64,000 nt of DNA from Camelus ferus (taxonomy: Eukaryota): assembly GCF_009834535.1 (NCBI RefSeq), contig NC_045697.1, positions 105,216,001 through 105,280,000 of the forward strand. The letters are read 5' to 3'. Made by a program: the position numbers and the translations under genes. Shown piece by piece: positions 38,561 through 51,800 of this stretch; position 1 is the stretch's first letter, and each line of letters starts with the position of its first letter. The notes under the pieces were generated by a model. That model ran no database searches and was not told the DNA's origin. It saw only the letters and a program-made list of their open reading frames with translations.

Positions 38561-40345
38561 GATAAAATTTCCCAGAGAATAAAAAAGAAAAACTGAGAGA
38601 AGAGAGAATAAATCTGACAGTACTGGTCCACTTCTAAAGGGGTAAAAGTCAAGGAGAGGTAAGTAGAATAATTTTCTTAGAGTGATTACCTATAGATTCA
38701 CTGATTACACTGAAACAAGCTGTGACCAATTTGCACAAAATTCTTACGCCCTTCTTTGGAGACTCATCATACCCCTCGTTTATGAATTACTATGTGTATT
38801 TTGCAGCTCTGTTTAACTTCCTTGAAATCAGGGACTCTGCTGTACCGATTTTTGATTCCACCCCCACCTTACCTTCTCCCACTGGCTAAATGAATTTTCA
38901 AATAAGTAGACTTATCATTCCTCTATCTGAGGACAAGTCTATCATGACTGTTCCCTCTAACATAGCCTGAACTTTAAAAACAACTAACTTACGATTAATT
39001 TTAAAACTTACTATTAATTAAAAAACATACATTTTTTGCTGCCTTGGTAAATCACAAATGTTTATTTTTATAACACAATGATTCTGAAATATGACAGAAT
39101 ACGAGACAAGAAAGTTTGAATCCCCTTGTGGGAATACAACAGAAGTCATTTTCAATAATGTTTCTTATTCTTTCAGTTGTGGACTAGGAAGGATAATATT
39201 AAATATTTAAGTCCCCCCAAATAAGGAAACGCATTAATAAAAGAAGTTTCTATTTTCCAATCAGTTCTAACAGGATGATTTCCAAACACACAACCATAGA
39301 TTTAAATGCATAACTTCACCCCATAAATATGCTGCAAAACATTAAAAATAGATGATAGCACATATGCCTTATGGGGCAAATGAAATGATAAAAGGCATTT
39401 TGTGGTGGATAAACTCAGAGTTAAGAGATAATACTTGTTTACAACTATATGCCCCTTTTAATAGAATTAGTGGATTAAATGTGACAACTTTTAACATATA
39501 TTCTAAACACAGTATAAGAGTGAAGGTTTTCCATCTAACAAATATTTTTGTGACAGTTTAGGGTTTCTGAATTTAAATTTCTTTTATATTTCTACCTCAC
39601 TAATAAGAATCAAAGTTATATTTAAACACTAGGAGAGTTAGTTATTGTACTGCATTACATTAGGTAAAAAAATAAAAAGATAAAACTCGGCAAAGAGAAA
39701 TGACAACTATCTTTGAAGGGATTTTCCTACTTGAGATCGTTTTCTCTGTTGAATTCTCTCTTGGACCAGTCGTCCTGACAATTTCAGATCTAATTTATTA
39801 CTGCAGCTAAACTGTATTGTCTGCTAGAAAGTGAAAACAAAATAGCAAGTTAAGAAATCAATCCGTTATTCTGTATTATGTTTCTAGCATACTTTATAAT
39901 TTTCAACCTAATTGCTGAAGTTTTAACTTGCAGATGCACATGAGGATGAAATGAGATTGGGAGGCAGAATCTGACAAATGAAGACTCAGAGAGTGTGAGA
40001 CGTGTGCACAACTACTAAAATGTCTTTTATATCAAAATCACCAAGAAACTGTACTTTATGAATGCCCTTATACACAAAGCTCAAAGCCAAACGTAACTTG
40101 GTCTTTGCTTCAAGAGCTCGTATTTGTATTTATTTAATTTGCATAATGATCTGGCGATGGTGCCCAAACTCCTTCGGAATGCAGGCTCAACTTACCTGGG
40201 AAACACTTGGAACAAATGTCTTCCCCAAAGAGGAAAGTGACAAAAAAGACAACAAAGATGCTTTCAGTGGGCTCTCTTGAATGAAGGGAAGCTACTTGTT
40301 TTAGATAAATTTGTGTATGGGGGAACAGCTGGTATAAAGCTAACT

Positions 40346-40842
40346 TTAGATTCCACATATGAGTGATAACATACAGTATTTGTCTTTCTTTTTCTGGCTT
40401 AACTCACTTAGAATGACGATCTCTAGGTCCATCCATGTTGCTGAAAATGGCATTATTTTATTCTTTTTTATGGCAGAGTAGTATTCCATTGTAAAAATCT
40501 ATCACTCATATGTGGAATCTAAAAAAAAAAGGACACTATGAACTTATCTACAAAACAGAAACAGACTCATAGACTTAGTAAACAATCTTATGGTTACTGG
40601 GGAAAGGCGGGTGGGAAGTGATAAATTTGAAAGTATTGAGATTTACAAATGTTAGCTACTATTATAAAAACAGATTTTAAAGTTTCTTTTGTATAGCACA
40701 GGGAACTATGTTCAATATCTTGTAATAACCTTTAACTGGAAAAAAATATGAAAATGAATATATGTATGTATATGCATGACTGGGACATGGTGCTGTACAC
40801 CCGAAACTGACACATTGTAATTGACTGTACTTTAATTTAAAA
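40346..40842 (+). mobile_element. L1 3' end with 5' inversion and TSD
   Basis: 40346-40498 is inverted and 40500-40842 is forward. TSD aaagctaacttta (40336-40348) / aaagcaaacttta (40843-40855). Confidence 0.92.
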
Positions 40843-41089
40843 AAAGCAAACTTTAAAAATATGTAAGATAGAAAACAAAAGTGATGTCAATTTCTCTAAG
40901 CTCTATGTTTAATGCTAATGTTGCTATTTAATTAGTAAATATTTATCATTTATTAATTATTTACAGTACATAAATTATTTATAATATACAGTTATGAACA
41001 AAAGGCAATTTTGCCCTTAAGGCACCCAAAATCTAGTAAAAAGAGATCCACATGTACATGGTTAAAAGATGGAGTGTTTAAAAGATCAA

Positions 41090-41238
41090 ATGGCTAATGA
41101 GTACAGAGTTGCAGATTTACAAGATGAAAAGAGTTCTGGAATTGGCTGGTGCTGATGGCAGCACACTGAACTGTACACTCAAAAATGGTTAAGATGATCA
41201 ATTTTATGCTTGTGTACTTTCCCACAATAAAAAAAATT
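41090..41238 (+). mobile_element. L1MB-like 3' end
   Basis: aatgagtacagagttgcagatttacaagatgaaaagagttctgga...cactgaactgtacactcaaaaatggttaagatg...acaataaaaaa. Confidence 0.85.
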
Positions 41239-43447
41239 GGGGGAGAAAGATGTAGAGTTTCTATAAGCAGGAACAAACTTCAGAAAACTTCATATCATCT
41301 CTCTCAATTTACAGACGACCTTGAAGATCATGAGAATAGTCCAAGTTCACACGTAGCCATGTGGTATGTGCATTTCAATCATTTGCCTTGTTACTTATCT
41401 CTTATCACAGGAACTATAAAATCCATAGAATGTGTTAAAAGACCAACTATATGACACTACCTGACCATCAGAGGCATTTAATCAATACAAGTTTAATGAG
41501 TGGTAAATGAGCAAACAGAAATATAAACATTTTGCATGGTGGGGTGGCAGGGTAGAGGAGAAAATTAGAAACAGGATCACAGGGTTTATAAAAACACTGT
41601 CTTTGCCTCTAAGAACTATAAATGAATGCGATGTAATTATTTAACCACAATTAATAACTGTAATTGTTTTATGACAAAAATTAACAAAAAAGTTTTCAGC
41701 GACCTCCTAAAATATTTTCACAGACTTATGCTAGAATTATATTGTTTCATTCCTATACGTTTTAATCTCTCCTCTTGCATAAATCCTCAATTCCTCTTGC
41801 AACCTAGTGATCATTTCATCATACCTGCCCTGGAAAACCCTACCCCTGCTTTAATCCATGTCTCCACCAACCAGCTCCATACCTGCAGCCACACTGCTGA
41901 ATACGGCTAGATAAAACTGCAGTAAGAAGATGGGTCTCATTTTAATCTCAAGATTGACTAATGCATCTGAAGATTTCATGCTGCCCACAAATCTCCTAGG
42001 CAGCACAGAGCATTTCCCTATTCACTCTCACATGGACAATTCATCCCTTCCTTTTTCACCGAGAAAACACAGGCAATTGGAAAAGATCTCTTCTAGCCTT
42101 CTGCCCACCAGCACCCATGGACTCTGCATTCCCTCACGTTTCTGCAGATGACCCAAAGATGCTTCTAACTAACACTGAGTGTCCTTGTGTGTCAGCTCCT
42201 TACATTCTCATGCCTGCTCAGAAATGATGCTCGACTTCAGTTTGTCCCTTTCGGTTCATTGCCATTAGCATACAAACATGCTATCTTTTTTTTTTTTTTA
42301 AAGAAAGAAAAACACTTTGACTTCATTCCCCCAGCCAGCTAACACCACTTTCTCTGCTCGCCTTCACAGCAAAACTAAGGAGAAAATTTCCATGCTCTCG
42401 GTCTCCAATTTCTCTTCCACTGTCATGAATCCACTCTCAGAACACGGTCGGTCGCAGCAGAAGGACCCGTTCCAAGTCTACTGGACAATTCTTGGTTCTC
42501 ACCTTACCTGACCTGTCACCTGCAGCATCAGGCATATTCGCTTTTGCCTTCTTGAAACGTGCACATCACTTGCTTCTGCAACCTCATGCCCTTTGTTTTC
42601 CTTCCGACACCCAGGCTGCCCTGCGTGGGCTCCTCCACCCGCGCCTTCTCCTCGCCCCATTCTGTTGGATTGCTCTTGACCTTTCCCCTTCTCTTGGGAA
42701 CCTCATCCATCCCTATCCTTAGGAATCTCAGATGTGTGTCTCCAAACCAGATCTTTCCCCAGATCCTTAAACTCAACTGCCCACTCAACAGACCTACTTA
42801 AATGCCTAACGGGTACCTTCAACTTACCCTATCTCCCCAAAAACCTTCTCCCTTCTAAAGCTGTGGCAGCCTTCCCACCTCAGTCAGGGGTGACTCCATT
42901 CTTCCAGCGGCCACAGCACAAGCCTGGGAGTCATCTTGTCGCTCACACACACGTCAGTAAATCCCATCAACTCTACCATCAAAACAGCCCAGACTGAGGT
43001 CCCTTCTGACCACTCCCATCACCACTATCACGTCCAAGTGATCATCAAACGAATGACCACAATAGTGTCCTAAAAGGTTGCCACACCTCTATCCTTGTCC
43101 CCTCGAATCAGCAGCAGCCAGAGTAATCCTGTGACACTGAAACACAGGTCATTCATTTGTTCAAAAGTTTCCAGTATTCTCCTACCTCACCCAAATAACA
43201 GCCCAGATTCTACCAATGACCTGCAAGAGCCTACGTGTAAGGCCCTATGAATCGCTACCCACTCCCTTAGTCTGCACCAGCCACGCTGGCCTCTATAATA
43301 ATTTTGGAATGTGCCAAGTCACTCCTGCCTAGGGCTTTTGCACCTGCTATTCATTCTGCCTGGAGTGCTCTCCCCCAGAGGTTGCATAACTGTCTCCTTA
43401 CCTCCTTTGCAAAGTTGTTCAAATGTCAACTTTTCAGTAAGGCTGCT

Positions 43448-43685
43448 ACTGACCACACTTTCTTTCTTTTTTATTAAATGGAGGTACTGGAGGTTGAACC
43501 CAGGACTTCGTGCATACTAAGCGTGCGCTCTGCCACTGAGCTGTACACCCCACTCTCAACTGACCACACTTTCTTTCTTTTTTATTAAATGGAGGTACTG
43601 GAGGTTGAATCCAGGACTTCATGCATACTAAGCGTGCACTCTACCACTGAGCTGTACACCCCACTCTCAACTGACCACAGTTTCT
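43448..43685 (-). mobile_element. Tandem dimer of a Vic-1-like SINE with three copies of the target site
   Basis: actgaccacactttct occurs at 43448, 43559 and (one mismatch) 43670. The two 111-bp units differ at about 4 positions. Confidence 0.93.
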
Positions 43686-43819
43686 AAAGCAGGACACGGA
43701 CACACATGTGCACACAGACACAGCAATGCCTGGATCCCTTTTTTTTTTTTCGCTTTGCTTGTCACTAATACTTATCACCTTTAAACATACCACGTTTTAT
43801 TTACTTTGTTTGTCCCTCT

Positions 43820-44217
43820 GCATTGTATGGGAGGCAGCTTGTATTGGGTGATGAAAGCTGATTCTTCAGTTTTTAGGGATTTAGCAAATGAGCTGTTAAA
43901 CTACAGCTATTATTAAAAATGACTTTCTACAAACTTGCAATGAATTAATTGCATTTAAAAAGGTAATAGATACTCAGAACTCATTGTCTCCTAACAATCT
44001 TATGACAATTTCCTCTATGCTCTTTAGGTGGAGATGTTATCTAACTGAACTACTGAGCACCTTTTCCCAACGTCACAGTCACTAACATCACATTTGTTGC
44101 TTGAAATCAGTTATGGTGGGAGTGTCTACACCACAGAAATCAGCCAACACTAGAAATCAGGCCTTTCCTCGCCCCTCGAGGGCCAGTGCTCCAGTCAGCA
44201 TGACCAGCTCAGCACTG
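43820..44217 (+). mobile_element. hAT non-autonomous DNA transposon, MER63B-like
   Basis: gctgttaaactacagctattattaaaaat...aaaggtaatagatactcagaactcat...cttgaaatcagttatggtgggagtgtctacaccacagaaatcagc...cagcactg. Confidence 0.8.
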
Positions 44218-45244
44218 GCTGACTGAGCCCACTGCACTTAGCTTAGCACCTACTATAGTGCCTGACACACAGTGGGTACCAAAATACTGAAGGGTTGAGA
44301 GTAAGAATTTCTCTGAAAGTCATTTGCACAAGTATAAGAAGAAGAAAGGAACTGCAAAAATGCAATGCATTCTCATTCGACAAGTCATACACGGTTTTAT
44401 AGGTACTCTATTAAATAACATCACATTAATTCAAATAAATGTCTCATAAAAGGATGATTCAACTTAGCTACAGCTGGCATTTTTCCAGACAAATAATCAT
44501 AACTTTTAAATTAATATACTCTTGCCTCAGAGTTTTGTCTAGTTTGCATTTCAGCAAATTTACAGACTTTTTAAAAAAAGAAAGAAAACATCTGTTTTTA
44601 GTTAAAGATCTGTAATAAATATTACAGAAAAAATTTTACTGTTGAATGACTCACCTTTGAACTACTGGAAGCTGTAAGTATGCAGAATAAATGCCTTGTT
44701 AACCCACAACAAATAAAATTAGCACTCTTCAAAGGCAAAAAATAGTAAATGGTCCTCTTAATTACTTGTTTAAATGACCCAGGACTCTCTTTTATTACCA
44801 ACTGCAAGGAATAAGCCATTCCAAAATAAGATAAAATTTGATGGATAATTTACCAGAGAAAGGAAACATTTCAGTCTTTAGAAAGTCCTTGGACTACAGT
44901 CCAATAACGTTTATCTTGTGAGTAATAAGCAGATTTATTACGACCCATTAAAAAACCCCTATAAAACATGATCACTTTTAATATACTTAATTCTAAAGCA
45001 CTTCAAATTTGTAACAAGTCCATTTCACTCAGGACAAGATTTGATCCATAAAAAAATATGTTTAAACCATCCAACGTGTCGTATTTGTGAGAAAATTTAC
45101 CTGTTGTACATTGTACAACAATAATATACTTGGGTATGGTTCCTATTAGACTTTGTATTGATTACAAAATCTTTCAATTTACATTTTGTAAACTAAAGCA
45201 AACTAATAAAACACTGTGATTATAAATCTAGCTAAATGCTGAAG

Positions 45245-45400
45245 TCCTTTTAATTCTGAGGACAAACTTGCGAGGTGATGATTATTGCCTCCATTTTAAA
45301 AATGAAAGAAAAAGGAATTTCAATGGCTTGGCCAAGACTGGACAGTAAGGTGGGAAAAGGGGGCTCAGTCTGGGCCCCGGATTCTCTGCTCTTTCTGTTA
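45245..45400 (-). mobile_element. MIR fragment
   Basis: attattgcctccattttaaaaatgaaagaaa...ggcttggccaagact. Confidence 0.6.
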
Positions 45401-46254
45401 CGCTTTGCCGAGTTTTCAAACATTTTTCATATTACAGTTTTGAAACTTTATTTGTTTTGCCTTCACCTCCTGCAGCCTGGCTTTCCCCTTTTTGTACGTA
45501 TCCTGTCTTGCAAAATGGTAAACATGCTCTCAGGCGAAGCAATTTTCTTGCTAAGCTTCATGGTAAAAACTCAAATTCCGAAGTCCTATGGCAAGCCCTT
45601 CTTGCTAGCACACCCCTCTGCAGGTTTTATGGAAATGGGTAACATGACTTGTGTCTCACATCGTTCCTAGGAGGAAAGCAGGTGATGGGAGGGTCTCATT
45701 TATCCCGACTTTTTAAAGGGAGTGTATTTTGTCCTAAGAGCAAGGGCGTGGTACCATGCAGTTCCAGACCTGACCTGGGAATCAAACTCTACTGAAAGCA
45801 CCTGAGAGTGGATTCAGTTAAAAGAAATAACGAAAGGACCATATGGGGAGAAAGATCTTCAAAAACAATATGATCAGCTAGTTCGAGGTGAAAATGAAAC
45901 AGCAAGTGAGACAAGAGGGAGATGAGGCACCACCATGAAATCAACACAGCCCCAGGCGCAGGCGCGCTATTCTCAGCACAGTATTGAACGTGGCCATTTT
46001 TTTAGTTCTGTGAAAAACAGTATCATTCTTTCCGATATATAACCACGCTTAAATATATGAGACCTTTTTCCATTTGAGAACTTTATCCAGTATTAGTCAT
46101 AGAAAAGGCGTTGAGAGTTTACTATGCACATAATTTCATTTATGTTTTCCCACAAATGGCCTAATGGGCATAAAACTATACTTTACATCTGTATTTACAA
46201 TTTACACAGTAATGACCCTTAAGTAACTAAAAGCCCTCATTCAGTACAGTAGTT

Positions 46255-47250
46255 TAATACAAAAAACAAACAACCCAATCAAAAAAATGGGCAGAAGGCC
46301 TAAACAAGCAATTCTCCAATGAAGACACACAAATGGCCAATAGGCACATGAAAAAATGTTCAATATTGCTAATTATCAGAGAACTGCAAATCAAAAATAA
46401 AATGAGGTATCACCTCACACCAGTCAGAATGGCCATCATTCAGAAGTCCATGAATGATAAATGCTGGAGAGGCTGTGGAGAAAAGGGAACTCTTGTACAC
46501 TGTTGGTAGAAATGCAGCTTGATGCAGCCATTATGGAAAACAGTATGGAGATTCCTCAAAAAACTAAAAATAGACTTACCATATGATCCAGCAATCCCAC
46601 TCCTGGGCATCTATCTGGAGGGAATTCTAATTTGAAAAGATAGATGCACCCCAATGTTCATAGAAGCACTATATATAATAGCCAAGACATGGGAGCAACC
46701 TCAATGTTCATCAACAGATGACTGGATAAAGAAGTTGTGGTATATTTATACAATGGAATATTACTCAGCCATAAAAAGAATAAAGTGCCATTTTCAGCAA
46801 CATGATGGACCTAGAGAATGTCATTTTAAGTGAAGCCAGAAAGAGAAAGAAAAATACCATATGATATCACTCATATGTGGAATCTAAAAAAAAAAAAAAA
46901 AAGAAAAAAAAAGAAAAAAAGGACACTATAAACTTATCTACAAAACAGAAACAGACTCGCAGACATAGTAAACAATCTTATAGTTACCGGAGGAAAGGGA
47001 GTAGGAAGGGATAAAATTCAGGAGTTTGAGATTTGCAAATATTAGCCACTATATATGAAAATAGATTAAAAAAACAAGTTTCTTCTGTATAGCATAGGGA
47101 ACTATATTCAATGTCTTATAATAACTTTTAATGAAAAAGAATATGAAAATGAATATATGTATGTATACGCATGACTGGGACACTGTGTCGTACACCAGAA
47201 ATTGATACACTGTAACTGACTGTACTTCAATTAAAAAAATAAAACAAAAT
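46255..47250 (+). mobile_element. L1 fragment (~1 kb, ORF2 3' part plus 3' UTR)
   Basis: aacaacccaatcaaaaaatgggcagaag, tatcacctcacaccagtcagaatggccatcat, ccatatgatccagcaatcccactcctgggcat, and an A-rich tail. Confidence 0.95.
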
Positions 47251-48349
47251 ACTGTAAGACTACTTATATGTCCTATATTTTAAACATGATCTTGATGTTA
47301 TTAATAATCACAAATGGTTTTATAATTTCCTAGAAAGGATCACTTCTTTTAGAAGTAACATTGACAGTAGTTTTAAAGAGAAAACTAAGTGTCTGCCTTC
47401 CTAATAATCCAGAAGATACAAAAGGAAAGTTAAAATCCAAAGCCTTCCACTAAGACTCATTTGTAAAAACAACTGCAAATTCTATACCTATTTCTGATTT
47501 CAAAATAAACTACCATAATATACTCATAACTAAGAAAACATACATCCAACAATGACAAGGAATCTGTAATCAACATGATAAACAATTTGAGTATTTTATA
47601 CAAGGAAAATAATGTAAAATCTCTATTATGTAAAAATCTAACAGTGAAACCAGTGTTCTGCAACTATTATACAATAAATGACAATTATGTGCTTTTAACG
47701 TGGAAAACCCTTGATTATCTACAATTCAGGCAAGTGAGTTTTAAATAACCAGTGTTTTGACAGGATCAAAGTTGCTGTGAGGATTTATTTTTAAAAAATG
47801 GCTTTTGCAGTATGTCACGGGACTGGAATAGTTAGGGCCAGCATTTCATTTCCTCCTACATCATGGCTCGCTGTTCAGTCACTTTGATCAGCCAGTTGCT
47901 CACAAGGCCCAGGAGGGTCTTCCCAGGACTGGCTCTGCCCAGCTCTTAGTCACTCCAACGTTCATTCCACAGCAAGCCACTGCCACTCTGGGTGGTTTGA
48001 GGCTGACGCTGTGCCCGAGCCCGCCTGTCACACAAAATGATCTGTAGTGTCACCTCCAAGCTACCACGTTTGGTTGTTAGTATTCCTGATCCTCCAACAC
48101 CTAAATAAAACTTGAGCAAGATAAAGACAAACTCTTCTGGGAAACTCTGAACCCCTTACTCTCTAACCAATTAGTAAGCTGCTTCACAACGATGCTTTCA
48201 GGCTGTTAAGATCCCACGACACCTTCTGAATAGTTTTTCTCGGGGTGGCTTCTTATGAGGAGGTTTTGCCTTCATGTAACTAACTCTGAAAATTAACGCT
48301 GATAGTAAGTTGCACTACTTCTATAAAAAGTAGTTTATGACACATACTT

Positions 48350-48810
48350 TCAAAAATTCTCACTCTTTGACCTGACAAGCCCCTCTTTTTTGGATTCATC
48401 TTTTAAGTGTCAGAATTCAGATAAAGATGTAAATGTAAATGTTCACTTTACATGAATTATAAGAGGAAAATACCAAATGTGAACTTGAATGGTCAAAAAG
48501 AGAGAACTTATGCACATTATGATACATAGGATATAACAGGTTTTTTTCAAGCATTAAAAATATTTTCTGTATTGAAAATGCTTATGGTATGCTAACTGAA
48601 AAAAGCACAAATCAACTGTACTATAAAATACAATTTCAGTTATACTCAATATGTGTGACTTAGTACACACAACACACACAGATACAGAGAAAAGACTGGA
48701 AGGAATCTGTAAAATATATATAGTGGTTGTCTCTGGTATGGCTGGATAATATTGGTTTGCTTACTCTTTAGCCATGTATATAGTTATGTATAATAATTTT
48801 TTAAAATTAC
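48350..48810 (+). mobile_element. Old L1 (L1ME-like) fragment
   Basis: ctctttgacctgacaagcccctct...aaaagactggaaggaat...tagtggttgtctctgg. Confidence 0.6.
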
Positions 48811-51800
48811 AGCACTATATTTACATTGGACTTATTTTTATTCCATCTTTAAGGGGGAAAATCATTTACCTTCTGGGAACTACAATCCATGTAAATGCAG
48901 CTTTAATTTGCTGTGAATAAGTTTCTGTGTAAGGCACTTACTTGTATTAGTACAAGTGCCAATTCTGGCTTATGAGCGTGAAATATTATTTTCTACATTT
49001 TAACAAAAAGAACAGAATGAAGGAATTGATATAATTTAACATATAAAGTGTTAATTAGAATTTTGAGAGATAAAAATCAATAGGTATTTGTGAAATTCTT
49101 CTCAATTTAATTAGAAAAATTTTATAATTAGCCAAAATTACATTAGAATTGTACCACTTTTTGATTTATTGATGTGACTCCAATTTGATATTATATTTAT
49201 ACTTCACATTGTTTCAGGAAAATATATATTTTGGGTTCCAACATACCACTTAAAAATCAAATGTCCTCTAGTGGTATTTTTTAAAAGGAAAATCACAGTC
49301 TTATTAACACTTAGGAATGTACTGACCTAAGACACTAGAAATTAAATCCATATATTAGGAAGATTTTCATAAAAATTAGTTATCTGAATGGGAAAAAGAG
49401 TACTTTAAAATTTTCCAGTTATAAAAATTAAGACCATATCATCTTATCAGTTTTCTTCATAACTGCAGTAGCCCAACTAAATATAACTAAACCAGGTTGC
49501 TCTGTACCTATTTTGAGTAACTCATAAAAAGGTTAGAAGCTACATAAAAGAAAATACAACTGGCGTGGTTATGATAAAGTTGCAGAGAGGCAAGAGCCCG
49601 GGGGTTTAAGGATGATAAACAGAGAAACAAGCCAAAAAGTGACCTCCAAGAGAAAGGCATTTAGTTTTAATTTTCCTTGAAAGATACATCATACATCATT
49701 CAGGCATTATTTTAAATATATGTGCAAATGAAGGAGCAGTTGTTACGGGCAAAACAAAATTGGAAAACTGACAGATCTGTAGGAAAAGTAAAAAAAAAAA
49801 ATTGCCTGTATTTTAAAAAGTCCTCAATCTCTGATATAATTTTCAAATGTCTGCATTTGTTTCCATTTCACAAATTACTCATTTCCAACCTCTACACCGT
49901 TCTAACAAAACAAATGTCGCCAATGCAGAACGACAACCAGCTGGTGAGACCTTCATCTATGCCAATCCCTTGTCTCCTTATATGCTCCGATATTAACCGG
50001 AGAAAACAGCGTGAACGCTGAGAAGAATTAGCTATCTTTAGTTCAATGAAGAATCATTTTACATGCCTTAACTACTGCAGGTCTTTTTTTAATTGTCACA
50101 GACTGGCAAGTAAAAGACATGGCAAAAAATACCTGTGACAAAAGCCAAACGTTACTTCAGAAGTGACATGGGCGTCAGACAGAAAGCCAGTGTCACATAC
50201 CTCTACAGATAACCGGATCCTCTGCATAAGCGCAAGTTTCCCAAGATAATTCTGTCATACAAGCATCACGAGGTCTGTGGCTGAGACCAAGCTGGGAGAA
50301 TGGGAGCGGGTGTCATCCGTGGGGAGGGGGTACAGTCATGGACACATCTCATCACCTGTTGTGAAGTCTCTCAGCTCTGCTACCAAGCAGCTTTGGAACC
50401 CTGGGCTAGGTGTCTTGGGTCTTGGGATCCTCATCTGTAAATGACGTCCTGCTTTTATTACCAGGAGTTATGAGTCACCAAAATTACAGAGTGAATTTTG
50501 AGAAAAAGCAGCAGACTGGGTAACGTTGCAAAGCAGCCTCTATATTCATGTGAACTCCTCTCTTTTCTCTCTCTAGTACCCTGTCCCTGTGGTTTGCCTC
50601 CTCCATAACACAGAGATACTACAACATGCAAGCGAGCTATAGACCACCGAGAAAGACGTGACTGGACTTAAGGCTAGAAAGGAAGTTGTGTAACGTGTGA
50701 AATTACTGAAATACAGTAATGCTGCGTGAAATACGGGTGGTCTCTCATGATAGCAGAGGGGCTGGTGCACACGTGTGACTGTCATCTACCAAGTGTGCTA
50801 CAGAATAAAAAGGGTATGATCAGAACAGATCCTTTATTCACCAAGGAGAGAGAACCTGGAATTCTACTGTTGTGGGTAAGCAGGTAGCAAATGGTTTTCC
50901 CCAAGACTATGTCAAGAGAACTAAATACTTCCCCTACCTGTGTAATAAACAGAGCAAGTGACTGATTCTCCTTTAACAGATTCCTTACAGTAGTAGATGG
51001 TGCCCAAGTCTTGTGTGTAAAGATGCAAATATACACGTGTGCCTGTTGGGCGGCATTTATCCAGATTCTGTAAGTCCTGGTGGTTTTATTTTTCTGTTGT
51101 TCCATGAATCATAAGACCATCCAGTCTGTGGAAGAATTAAGTTTTATCCTCAAAAATATACTTTATCTCTAACAATTAAGGTTAGATGAGAAGTCTGATC
51201 AGCAAGATCAGTGGACCCAGACTGTCACAAGAACGAAAAATGTTTCACTTCTAAAATTTTAAAAGCATTTTTATAAGCTTTAGGTAAAGCTTCAAGCTTG
51301 CCAGTGTTAGGATTCGAAAATGAAAGAGTTCTTCAGAGGAAAATTAAAGAGGGCCTGACACATGGCCAGAGTTGGTCCAGGCAAGGGTTTTATCATCATC
51401 CACTATTTGTATTGTCTTAGGAGGCAAGCTGTCGATCTTTGACAGACTTGAGCTTCTCAGATTTTTTTTTTTTCTTTAGGGCTTGAAGGATTTTGACATC
51501 AACTGTTTATGCAACATACAGATTTAAACAATACGCTTAGAACAAGGACTGACAAACTTAACCTTTGTGAAGATGAAGCTTTAACGCAACTGACAATGTT
51601 TACCTTCCACAAAGGGAGCCTGTGCCCTAGAGCTGAGAAATCTCCTTCTCTAATGCTTACGACTAAATGTAAATATTTAAAATTGTCTTCTAAAAGAATA
51701 TCTGCTTCATAAATTACTACAAAGGCAAAAATGACCAGAAGTAAAAGCTCAGTAATACTACCAAGAATATATTCTATTTATAAAACATAAATGAGTCCAA

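Larger units (their letters stand above)
41790..44300 (+). mobile_element. Long LINE-2 fragment interrupted by a SINE dimer and a hAT element
   Basis: Contains cttggttctcaccttacctgacctgtcacctgcagcat and cctagggcttttgcacctgctattc. The tail tagtgcctgacacacagtgggtacc resumes after 44217. Confidence 0.8.
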
